Below, piece after piece: positions 11,101 through 23,100 of a DNA stretch of 64,000 nucleotides. The notes beneath the pieces are model-generated. The model was not told the origin of the DNA. It did not search any database and saw nothing but the letters and a program-made list of their open reading frames with translations. The translations under genes were made by a program, and so were the position numbers. This DNA is from Amoebophrya sp. A120. Its lineage: Eukaryota; Protista; Dinoflagellata. The stretch lies in the NCBI GenBank assembly GCA_905178155.1, contig CAJINV010000002.1, forward strand, positions 3,787,838-3,851,837, in the 5' to 3' direction. Position 1 is the stretch's first letter; every line of letters starts with the position of its first letter.

Positions 11101-14100
11101 GCAATACAGATTTTTTTAGAATCCAAAATCGGCATGACAAGTTGGATTCTTCCAGACCCAGACATTTTTACAGTTGATAGAAATAGGCAAAGACTGGCAG
11201 GAGGAGAAATTTCTTCGCAGTCGCAGGCAGCAAGACTCGGGTATCAAAACGAAAAATCCCTCCTCCCCATATCGAAAACGAAGTTTCTGATGCTGGATTT
11301 GCGTACACAAATCAGATTTGTATTGCTGGCGAGGACTGCAGCCTCACACTAAACCTAAGTAGAGAGGTTTTGGACTAGGCGTCTAGCATGAGGAACGTCC
11401 GTGCTGTAGGCCCATCAGCATCACAAACCGCCTGCACAATGCTGCGGAGCTTGTGGAGTTGCCTCCTTGCAAGACAGATTGGATTCGTGACCTCAAATCA
11501 GCAACGCAAATTTTCGGAGACATACCTTTTCAATATGGGGAGGGGGATTTTCCCTTACGATATCGGGAGCAGCAGCTTCTGGCTCGATAGCGCCAGCATC
11601 TAGTACCTCATCTTCCGCGACGTCTATGCCTGCGGGGCAAGAACAATCTCTGACCGCCGCACAACAAGAAGAAGCGTCTTCTAGTCCTGCCGCAAGTAGA
11701 GCTGGGATGAAGACCGCGGCGTTTGCGCTCCGGTACTACACGCAGAAGAAATTCTATCGCAAGAAAAAAGTGTTACAGTTACACATTGTGTTGCAGACCA
11801 AGCAAGACAGACAAGCTCTGTCATGCCGGATATGCATAGGAGCCTCGTTTCATAGGCGTTTTCCCGTAGGATTTCTGCATTGCAAGTTTTCTATTTCATG
11901 CAGAGAAATTAGTGTTGCTGAATTGACTACAAATGTGTAACTGTAACACTTTTTTCGTGGGATAAATTCAAATCCGAAGTTCTGCAGTCCGACCCAGAGT
12001 GCCTCTACTCGTTCCAACTAGGGTGCCTGCCGAAGTTATGCATTGCAAAAGTAATCTAAATATCTCGCTCTGGATCAGTTGTGATGCGGAAGTTGCGGGA
12101 CGTAGAGATGATCTGTATTGCCAGTCTGAAGGGGATAATTGGCCTTTTTGTCCTGCGAGAAGGCGGTTTGTCATTCTGGATACAAATGAACGCGCAATAA
12201 GATCCGAAAAACTTTTGTGGTGCGTTCCTCCCGTGCAAAAGCCTGCCTGGTCATGCAAGTTGTGGCTCAGCATGACCACTTTCATCCAGGCACAGGGACG
12301 TTGAAATTTGCAAAATGCATAGAAGTTCCAAGACGCTGACTTTTTGACCGGGGTAACGGAGGCAAAGCTGGAAGCGCGGGAAAAGCGGCAAGCGATGACG
12401 GTGTGGGCGCCCGAGTATCTATCGTATTCGTAAAAATGCATAAGTATCGTATTCGTAAAAATGCATTACAAATTTTCTCAGCATGAGAAAGAAAATTTGT
12501 AATGCGGATTTCACCTTAACAAAAAAATTTGTAATGCGTGGCTGCAATTACTACGTATGACTACGATACTTTTGTACAGGGCGCACCNNNNNNNNNNNNN
12601 NNNNNNNNNNNNNNNNNNNNNNNNNNNNNNNNNNNNNNNNNNNNNNNNNNNNNNNNNNNNNNNNNNNNNNNNNNNNNNNNNNNNNNNNNNNNNNNNNNNN
12701 NNNNNNNNNNNNNNNNNNNNNNNNNNNNNNNNNNNNNNNNNNNNNNNNNNNNNNNNNNNNNNNNNNNNNNNNNNNNNNNNNNNNNNNNNNNNNNNNNNNN
12801 NNNNNNNNNNNNNNNNNNNNNNNNNNNNNNNNNNNNNNNNNNNNNNNNNNNNNNNNNNNNNNNNNNNNNNNNNNNNNNNNNNNNNNNNNNNNNNNNNNNN
12901 NNNNNNNNNNNNNNNNNNNNNNNNNNNNNNNNNNNNNNNNNNNNNNNNNNNNNNNNNNNNNNNNNNNNNNNNNNNNNNNNNNNNNNNNNNNNNNNNNNNN
13001 NNNNNNNNNNNNNNNNNNNNNNNNNNNNNNNNNNNNNNNNNNNNNNNNNNNNNNNNNNNNNNNNNNNNNNNNNNNNNNNNNNNNNNNNNNNNNNNNNNNN
13101 NNNNNNNNNNNNNNNNNNNNNNNNNNNNNNNNNNNNNNNNNNNNNNNNNNNNNNNNNNNNNNNNNNNNNNNNNNNNNNNNNNNNNNNNNNNNNNNNNNNN
13201 NNNNNNNNNNNNNNNNNNNNNNNNNNNNNNNNNNNNNNNNNNNNNNNNNNNNNNNNNNNNNNNNNNNNNNNNNNNNNNNNNNNNNNNNNNNNNNNNNNNN
13301 NNNNNNNNNNNNNNNNNNNNNNNNNNNNNNNNNNNNNNNNNNNNNGGGCTCCGCAACAAGGGTGGAAAATTTAAATTTTCTCATCCTAAAATCCCCTATT
13401 CAGCAAAACGACCAGTACTGATCTTTCCACGCTCCACATAACAAGATCTCACTTGAAATTTCTTAGACGATACATGCGTGCGTCCCTGCAGTACTTGTTC
13501 GAAAAAATCCACCGGTTCCGGCTGGTAAACGATTACTACCTACCGGGCAAACTCGGGATCAACGATCTGTATCGGGAGGGTGCGAGCCAGGGCGTGATCT
13601 TTGCTAACTTTGACGAGTGGCGGTTTCGCCATCTCTTCGACACGAATTTCACGGACGTAAATCTGCTCTTCAACCTGGATCTCCGGTCCCATTTCGTCCC
13701 GATCCGCAGTCTTCTGACGCAGTTCACGCACACCCGCCCGATCGGGCGATTTGGGAAGGCGGAAAAGGAGGACGCACTGTATCAACTGCAAAAGTGTCTG
13801 GGTCTGGAAGAATGCCAGACTTGTCATGCAGGTTTTCCATAACGCATGAGGTCTACTATGTAGGACATAGCATGACAGATTCTGTGAGAGGTCTACCATC
13901 CCTATCCTGCATGAGAAACTGCTTCCCGATATGGTCAAAAGTAGACAGCTTTTGGTAATCATGCAACACAGATCTTTACATGATTCAGATTTAGCAAAAA
14001 AAAAATAAAAAAATTTAGCATGACAAGTTGCTTTGTTCCAGACCCAGATAGTTTTGCATTTGATACACTGAAGAGCTTGACAACGTACGACGCGACGACT

Positions 14101-17100
14101 GCGAACCCGGACCCCTATGCATTGCAAATGTGTCTGGGTCTGGAAGATTGCGAAGGTTCTCATGCTAGTTTGGCATGACTCTGAACTCTGTATTGCGTGG
14201 CCACGAAGACCTCCTCTTGTCTGTCATGCAAAAACGATGTTTCTCATGCGGAATACGCAACACAGAGTCACGAGAAAATGCGTCATGCTTGGCGGTGCAT
14301 TACAGTGAGCTTTCTGCTCACTGACATGCATCACAAGTTTCCAGACCCTTTCATATTTGCACTGGATAACCCCGAAACGAATCCAAAACTGTACATGAAC
14401 AGCTTCTACCCGGCCGCAACGTCACATTTCGCACACGGGGAGGAGGAGATTCTGTTGCATGCATACGAGAAGAACCACCGAATAAACTTTAAAGTCCGCG
14501 TATCCTGTGTAAAAACGTCCCCGCCCCAGAGTTGTCATGCAGATGCGCAATGACAGGAACATTTGTAATGCGCACCCCCATGATATTATCATATATCATG
14601 GGGGTGGCAGTGCGCACCCCAATGTGATAAGCGTTTCCAGTCGTGTTTTGGCATTTGTAATGCTGTAAACAGGATGAGAAAATGGCTTTCTCATGCGGCT
14701 TCCCTTGCTAACCACCACTACACTGGAGATGGAAACTTGTCATGCACAACTCCCAAGGCCTGGATATTTGTGTTGCAGTTTTGCTAAACTCGACTATGGG
14801 GTGGTGGCGTTTTTACATAGGACACCGCGTAGGCTTCGAACACCACGTGCTCGAGAAGTTGCTGAAAATCGACCGCAGCGGAGTCGTATCCTGTGCAAAA
14901 CTACCGTACTAGTATGAATTGCATTACAAATTTTCTCAGCATGAGAATTTTTTTCAAATTTGTAATGCGGGTTTACCTACAGAAATTAATTTGTAATGCG
15001 TGACTGCGATTACTACTAGTACGATACTTTTACAATGCATAGGTCGCCGCGGAATTTTGGCTCCGGCGCCGCGTGCACTGGAACTACCTATCGTAGAAAA
15101 AAAAGCTGTTTCACTCTATTATTAAACTTGTGATGCGTAGAATGGAACGCCGAGGTATTTGTCGTGCTACACACGCAAAAGCAAGACCTGCTTGGATATC
15201 CAGCCGCGTAAGTAGTTTTTCCGCGGCCCTATCGGAAATGCACGCAGAACAAGCTTTCTTCGTCGTGTGTAGCTGCGAACTTATGAAGTTGCAAAACTTG
15301 CAAAAAATTCTTGCAGAGTGAAAGAAGACTCTTTTCCTCCGATACCACCTACTGACGGTCTACTGCGCGCGGAGCCGGGGCCCGTTGTGGAGGAGCGCGC
15401 GGTTTCGAGAACTGCCGGAAATTATCAAATGTAAAAATGTCTGGGTCTGGAAGATTACCAGGTTTGTCATGCACATTTTGCATGACTCCTGATGTCTGTG
15501 ATGCATGCCCTAGCATCACAGATTTTGTGAGGGCTTCTTGATGCCTATACCGCATGACAAATGCTCTCTCCGTGTAGCAAAACTTGGGCTCTCTTTGCTG
15601 CCCATGCAATACAGATTTTTTTAGAATCCAAAATCGGCATGACAAGTTGGATTCTTCCAGACCCAGACATTTTTACAGTTGATAGAAATAGGCAAAGACT
15701 GGCAGGAGGAGAAATTTCTTCGCAGTCGCAGGCAGCAAGACTCGGGTATCAAAACGAAAAATCCCTCCTCCCCATATCGAAAACGAAGTTTCTGATGCTG
15801 GATTTGCGTACACAAATCAGATTTGTATTGCTGGCGAGGACTGCAGCCTCACACTAAACCTAAGTAGAGAGGTTTTGGACTAGGCGTCTAGCATGAGGAA
15901 CGTCCGTGCTGTAGGCCCATCAGCATCACAAACCGCCTGCACAATGCTGCGGAGCTTGTGGAGTTGCCTCCTTGCAAGACAGATTGGATTCGTGACCTCA
16001 AATCAGCAACGCAAATTTTCGGAGACATACCTTTTCAATATGGGGAGGGGGATTTTCCCTTACGATATCGGGAGCAGCAGCTTCTGGCTCGATAGCGCCA
16101 GCATCTAGTACCTCATCTTCCGCGACGTCTATGCCTGCGGGGCAAGAACAATCTCTGACCGCCGCACAACAAGAAGAAGCGTCTTCTAGTCCTGCCGCAA
16201 GTAGAGCTGGGATGAAGACCGCGGCGTTTGCGCTCCGGTACTACACGCAGAAGAAATTCTATCGCAAGAAAAAAGTGTTACAGTTACACATTGTGTTGCA
16301 GACCAAGCAAGACAGACAAGCTCTGTCATGCCGGATATGCATAGGAGCCTCGTTTCATAGGCGTTTTCCCGTAGGATTTCTGCATTGCAAGTTTTCTATT
16401 TCATGCAGAGAAATTAGTGTTGCTGAATTGACTACAAATGTGTAACTGTAACACTTTTTTCGTGGGATAAATTCAAATCCGAAGTTCTGCAGTCCGACCC
16501 AGAGTGCCTCTACTCGTTCCAACTAGGGTGCCTGCCGAAGTTATGCATTGCAAAAGTAATCTAAATATCTCGCTCTGGATCAGTTGTGATGCGGAAGTTG
16601 CGGGACGTAGAGATGATCTGTATTGCCAGTCTGAAGGGGATAATTGGCCTTTTTGTCCTGCGAGAAGGCGGTTTGTCATTCTGGATACAAATGAACGCGC
16701 AATAAGATCCGAAAAACTTTTGTGGTGCGTTCCTCCCGTGCAAAAGCCTGCCTGGTCATGCAAGTTGTGGCTCAGCATGACCACTTTCATCCAGGCACAG
16801 GGACGTTGAAATTTGCAAAATGCATAGAAGTTCCAAGACGCTGACTTTTTGACCGGGGTAACGGAGGCAAAGCTGGAAGCGCGGGAAAAGCGGCAAGCGA
16901 TGACGGTGTGGGCGCCCGAGTATCTATCGTATTCGTAAAAATGCATAAGTATCGTATTCGTAAAAATGCATTACAAATTTTCTCAGCATGAGAAAGAAAA
17001 TTTGTAATGCGGATTTCACCTTAACAAAAAAATTTGTAATGCGTGGCTGCAATTACTACGTATGACTACGATACTTTTGTACAGGGCGCACCGACCGGGG

Positions 17101-20100
17101 TCACGGGATCGACGGATCTATGCTGAGTAAAAACGTCCCCAGCCCAGAGTTGTCATGCAAATATGCAATGACAGGAACACTTTCAATGCGCAGCTCCATG
17201 AGAGGTATTTGCAATCGTGTTTTGGAATTTGTAATGCTGCAAGCAGGATGAGAAAATGGCTTTCTGATGCGGCTTCCCTTGCCAACCGGCACTACACTGC
17301 AGAGGGAAACTTGTCATGCACAGCTCCCAAAACATGGAGACTTGTGTTGCTAGATTTCCAACTTGACTATGGGATGGGGACGCTTTTGCTTAGGATAGGA
17401 TCGGTATGTGTCCGTGACGCCACCCATGACGGCGGACGAGATTTTGCAGTCCTGGGCCACGCAGACGACGGACTCGGAGCTCAACAGCAGGGAAAAGCAG
17501 ATCCAAGATCGAAATCAGGTGTTCCTGCACGACCTCCGCGCAATTGACCGGCACGAGACCCGCCGCGTCACCGATCTGCTGACGCACCCCGACATCACCC
17601 CGGGTTTCGTGCAGTACATGAACTACATGGTGCGAAAACCTCCGGCGCACCACTGGAAACCGCGGGCGAATTTGCTGACCGGCGTCGATTATGAACTGCA
17701 AAAGTATGATCGTACTCGTAGTAATCGCCGGCATGCATTACAAACAAGGTCCGAGCACGGGGACAGAGTCCCCGTGCAGCGACCTTCCGGCATTTGTCTG
17801 CGCGGTGGCACTGGGCAGACTGGTCGCTCGCAGCTAGGTATCCCGGTGCGCCTTGCATTCAATGACCCGCGACGGGCCTGCGGACACAGCTCCCTTGCTT
17901 GCGCGCACTAGCTTCATTAGCCTGCCGCGCGCAAAGATAAAAAGAAAAGAAGAAACGGGCACCGGGTCTGGAGCCGGCCCCCAGGTCATGGCGCGGCGAC
18001 AGAGTCCCCACATTGCCCTAGGGTTTTTCTTTGCCCCTTCCTTGGCCGCGCGGTGTGGTTCCCGGGGCGTGTTCGTAGCTAGCCCCTAGGCCATGCCGCG
18101 GGGACCGAGTCCCCGCGCTGGCCTAGGGTTTCCGCCCCTTGGCCGCGCGGTGTCCGGGAAGCGCTTACAGCTGGCCCCTAGGCTATGACGCGGGGACCGA
18201 GTCCCCGCGCTGGCCTAGGGCTTTCGCTCCTTGCTTGACCGCGCCGCGTCCGGGAAGCGCTCGCTGCCGGCCCGTAGGCCATGACGCAGGGACCGAGTCC
18301 CCGCGCTGGCCTAGGGCTTTCGCCCCTTGACCGCACGCGGCCCGGGAAACGCTCACAGCTGGCCCCTAGGCCATGACGCGGGGACCGAGTCCCCGCGCTG
18401 GCCTAGGGCTTTCGCCCCTTCCTTGGCCGCACGGTTCTCGGGAGGCGCATACAGCTGGCCCCTAGGCCATGACGCGGGGACCGAGCCCCCGCGCTGGCCT
18501 AGGGCTTGCGCCCCTTGGCCGCACGGTGTCCGGGAGACGCCCGCCCAGAGCTGGCCCCTAGGCCATGGCGCGGAGACCGAGCCCCCGCGCTGGCCTAGGG
18601 CTTTCGCCCCTTGGGCGCACGGTGTCCGGGAAGCGCCTGCAGCTGGCCCCTAGGCCATGGCGCGGGGACCGAGTCCCCGCGCTGGCCTAGGGCTTTCACC
18701 CCTTTGCCGCACGGTGTCCGGGGACGGAGCGCTTACAGCTGGCCCCTAGGCCATGACGCGGGGACCGAGTCCCCGCGCTGGCCTAGGGCTTTCACCCCTT
18801 TGCCACACGATGTCCGGGGACGGAGCGCTCACAGCTGGCCCCTAGGCCATGACGCGGGGACCGAGTCCCCGCGCTGGCCTAGGGCTTTCGCCCCTTGGCC
18901 GCACGGTGTCCGGGAAGCGCCTAGTTACAGCTGGCCCCTCGGCCATGACGCGGGGACCGAGTCCCCGCGCTGGCCTAGGGCTTTCGCCCCTTCCTTGGCC
19001 GCACGGTGCCCGGGAAGCGCTTCCAGCTGGCCCCTAGGCCATGACGCGGGGACCGAGTCCCCGCGCTGGCCTAGGGCTTTCGCCCCTTGGCCGCACGGTG
19101 CGGGAAGCGCTTGCAGCTGGCCCCTAGGCCATGACGCGGGGACCGAGTCCCCGCGCTGGCCTGGGGCTTTCGCCCCTTTCTTGGCCGCGCGGTGTCCGGG
19201 GAGGGAGCGCGCAAAGCTGGCCCTTAGGCCATGACGCGCGCTGGCCTAGGGCTTCCGCCCCTTGGCCGCACGGTGGCCGGGAACGAAGCGCCCAAAGCTG
19301 GCCCCTAGGCCATGGCGCGGAGACCGAGTCCCCGCGCTGGCCTAGGGCTTTCGCCCCTTGGCCGCACGGTGCCCGGGATCGGTGGAGGCGCTCACAGCTG
19401 GCCCCTAGGCCATGACGCGGGGACCGAGTCCCCGCGCTGGCCTAGGGCTTTCGCCCCTTGGCCTTGGCCGCACGTTGTCCGGGAGCGAAGCGCTCGCAGC
19501 TGGCCCCTAGGTCATGGCGCGGGGACATAGTCCCCGCGCTGACCTAGGGCTTTCGCTCGTCCCTTGGCCGCACGGTCTCGCGTGACAGACTGGGCTTCGG
19601 GTCCAAACCCCACATGACAATCAAAGTCCGAAAGCTTGGCCGGGGTGTGTCCGGAAGTCTGCCCGGGGTGTGTCCGACCGAAAGTCTGCCCGGGGTGTGT
19701 CCGAAAGTCTGCCCGGGGTGTGTCTGGGGTGTGTCTGGGGTATGTTCGGACTTTTTGCCTGGGGTGTGTTCGGGGGTCTGTCTGGGGTATGTCTGGGGTG
19801 TGTCTGGGGTATGTTTATACCCCACCTTCTGCTTTTTCGCCAAAAATTTGTACTCGGGTCGTGATTGACTTCCATTTGCATACCCCTGACACACCCCGGA
19901 ACATACCCCCGAGCATACCCCTCGCATGCATTTTTGACCAGCTGCTGCAGTTTAGATAGTAATCTCCATCCTAAGGTCAAACAGCATGACAAATTCCATT
20001 GGTCATGCTGAGCTAATTTGTATTGCAATTACTACTAGTCGTGCGGTACTTTTGCAATTCATATCGACCACCCGGTGGTGATCCAGGCCCTGCACAATAT

Positions 20101-23100
20101 AACGCGCTTAGCTGTTACAACCTCAAGCGTTACGATAGAATATGGAAATCTGTGATGCAGGGAGTGCATGATCTACCGTAGTCCCATAGGTTTGCGCATG
20201 ACAAGTTTCGGAACCCGAAACCCGACTGGTATCCGGCGAAATTTGTATTGCGAAAGGCGCAAAGCTACATACGTTCCTCATGCTCTTCATGCAAGACAAA
20301 ATCCAGACTCTATTGTAACGTTTGAGATTGTAACGTTTGAGCAGGTCATACACAACCAGCTCAGCTTCTGCGTGCAGAGACGGTACCCGCTTCTGCCGCC
20401 CGAGGCAGAGCTCGGGTACCTGTATTTGACAAAAGTCTTGAAAACCGAAGAAGAAGCACTGAAATTCTACTACGAGCCTGTGGTCAAGGTGGACGATGTA
20501 GAAGTAGTAGATTCTGGCGCTGGAAGTACGAGTACAACCGCCGCTGGTGGCTCAACTAGTGTGAAACAGGAACTACAAGGAGCTGCGAACGAAGCCACAG
20601 TGGTAGAGGACCCCACGAGCGACTCGTCCACACTAGACCAACTGCAGTTTTTGCCGCAGCTGGAGAAGAAAAAGCGGAAGGTATCGTTTGTGAAAACGTC
20701 CCCACCCCAGAGTTGTCATGCAAATCTGCATGCTGGGAACATTTGAAATGTTCTCAGCATGCAGATTTGCGAGAAATGTTACATTTCTCATGCGGAGCCC
20801 GATGAGAGGCGTTTTCTAGTCGTGTTTCGGAATTCTTCATGCTCCAATCAGCATTTCGTGCTAGATCTGTGATGCTGCTGAACTAGCTAAACAGCATTAC
20901 ACTACGAGGCCAAACTTGTCGCGCATAACTCCCAAAACTTGGAGATTTGTGTTGCAACTTTACCAACTTGACTATGGGGTGGACGTTTTTCCACAGGATA
21001 CAAGGCGAAGGCCTGGGCGAAGATTCTGCAGCTGCTGGACCGGAGTGCCAAGGTGTTTGAAAAGCTGGAAGCGGTTCAGCGGGAGTACCAAGAAGAGGAC
21101 AACAGTGTCGTGAGAACAAGTTCTACAGGTACTATAACGTCCCAACTTCTGGAACCCTCCGAGGAGAAGGAAATTCTGGCGAAAATGCGTCGGAAGCTGT
21201 TCCTCACCGAGAAAGTAACACCAAGTAGTAGCACAGTCACGGGTCTTTCTCGTGAAGGAGGGGAGCAGGTGGAGAAGATGGCCAGCGCAGCAGCGGCCAC
21301 CCCGTACGCGCGTCGCCAAAGGCAGCTGCATTTTGAACGGGTGCGGCAGTCGGAGTTTCGGCGGATCCGGGGGGTACCAGACGAATTTTGGATGAGTCCG
21401 GAGCAGTTGGAAACCCTGCACGACGTCCCGTTGCTGTTCGCGTTGCCGTATCAAGTGCAAATATCCCTGGATGTGGTCTGGAAGAACTCAAGTTGTGATG
21501 CCGCATTTGGATTCCAAAAAAATCTGTATTGGATGAGCAGCAAAGGGAAAAGTGCGTTTTTTTCTACGCGGAGAGGGCATTTGCCATGTGGAATGGGCAT
21601 CAAGAACCTTTCCAAAAATCTGTGACGCGAGGGCATGCATCACAGGCATCATGGCTCGTGCAAGACGTGCATGACAAGTGTCAGAACCTTCCAGAGGCCC
21701 GGGACATGTTTGCAGTTGATATGCCGATTTACGACTACGTGATCTCCAACTCGTTGCGGCTCTTCGGCACCTTTGTCGAAAACGAATTGCTATCCATTGC
21801 AAAGATGTCTCGGTCTGGAAGATTCTTGCAGGCATTTGCCATGCTGGTTTTGCATGACCCAGAAGTTCTGGAATGCGGGGTCTAGCATCACAAGCCTTGC
21901 GAGAGCTTTTCCATCATGCCTACTCCGCATGACAAATCCTGTCTCAAGGTGGCCAAAGATCATTGCCAGCTCTTGCTAAACACGCATGACAGATTTTTTT
22001 GTGGCTGTCAGACAGCATCACAAGCTTGTATCTTTCCACACCCAGACACATGTTTGCAATGCATAATTGCAGTTTTTGACCGGCCTGTCCATTCCGGGAG
22101 ACATTTTCGTGGACGTGGGCGCGAGTATCAGAGTGCACAAGAACTTGTTTTCTGTCTCCCTCATTTATCATGTGCTGACTTCTGCCCATTTAATTTCGCG
22201 TGCTGCCTTTCGGCACTGTTGGCATGAGCATGACAAAGTCTTGTAGCGCCGGCGGCGCAACAAGCAGGACTACAATCCGTGCGTTGATGGTGTGCGGTCA
22301 ACATATGCGGGAACTACTGTCAGTCTTGCGGGAAGAACGACGAGTCTGTTTTGCTTATTGTCTTTCTATGTCGCTGCTGCTCTACGCCTGCATCAAATGA
22401 TGATAATTAGGAGGAATGGACGAGCATCAAGTTCTTCTGTCCTCGCTCATAGCAAACCAGGGCGCCTACGCGATTCCGATGGCGAAATGGCTCTCCTTGG
22501 GCGGGATTCCCAGTTGGCACAAAGTCAAGCGGACGACGCCGAGTGTGTTTCGGGACGACGACGGCAAACTGCGGAAGAAATGGTGGGGAAAGGAGTTTTT
22601 TGATAAAGAAGCATCGAAGAGCGGAGGTGATGAAGATTATACCCCTCTTAAAGACGCACAAGCAGCGAAAAGAAATGCGGCAAGAGATGAAGAGGAACAG
22701 CCTGCTCAAAAAAGTACTGGATTCGTTGATAAAGGAAAGGGGAAGGGCGATAGAAGGGAAATGATAGAAATGAAGCAATTACCTTCCGCAGTCCCGGCGG
22801 CCCACGGAACAATCATCCCGGAGGAAACGCTGGCCGCGCAAGTGACCGCTGCGGCGACGACCACGATGGTGGATGGTATTCTATCCACTGCAAAAGTATC
22901 GTAGTCGTTGTATAAATGCACGTCTTGCATTACAAATCTTGTTCCCAAGGCAAAATAGCATGACAAATTCCATTGCTCGCGCTGACGAAATTTGTCATGC
23001 GTTTCGTACTAGTACGATGCTTTTGCATTTCATACATTCTCGCCCCAGTGCAGTACGAACCCGGCCACGTCTACGCCTTTGAGCCGTTCCGCACGCTGTA

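Noticed and set aside
12511-13441. Long ORFs spanning N-runs (also near 39761-41529 and 48482-49227)
   Set aside because: They consist mostly of unknown bases.
8754-17092. Tandem duplication of ten exons as a real exon-block duplication
   Set aside because: The copies look identical even in introns and abut an N-gap, so unmerged overlapping contigs are the likelier cause. Read depth would settle it.
17980-19560. CRISPR-like array or repetitive protein ORFs
   Set aside because: The inter-repeat segments are homologous to each other, there are no cas genes, the context is a eukaryotic intron, and the ORFs arise from GC-rich repeats.
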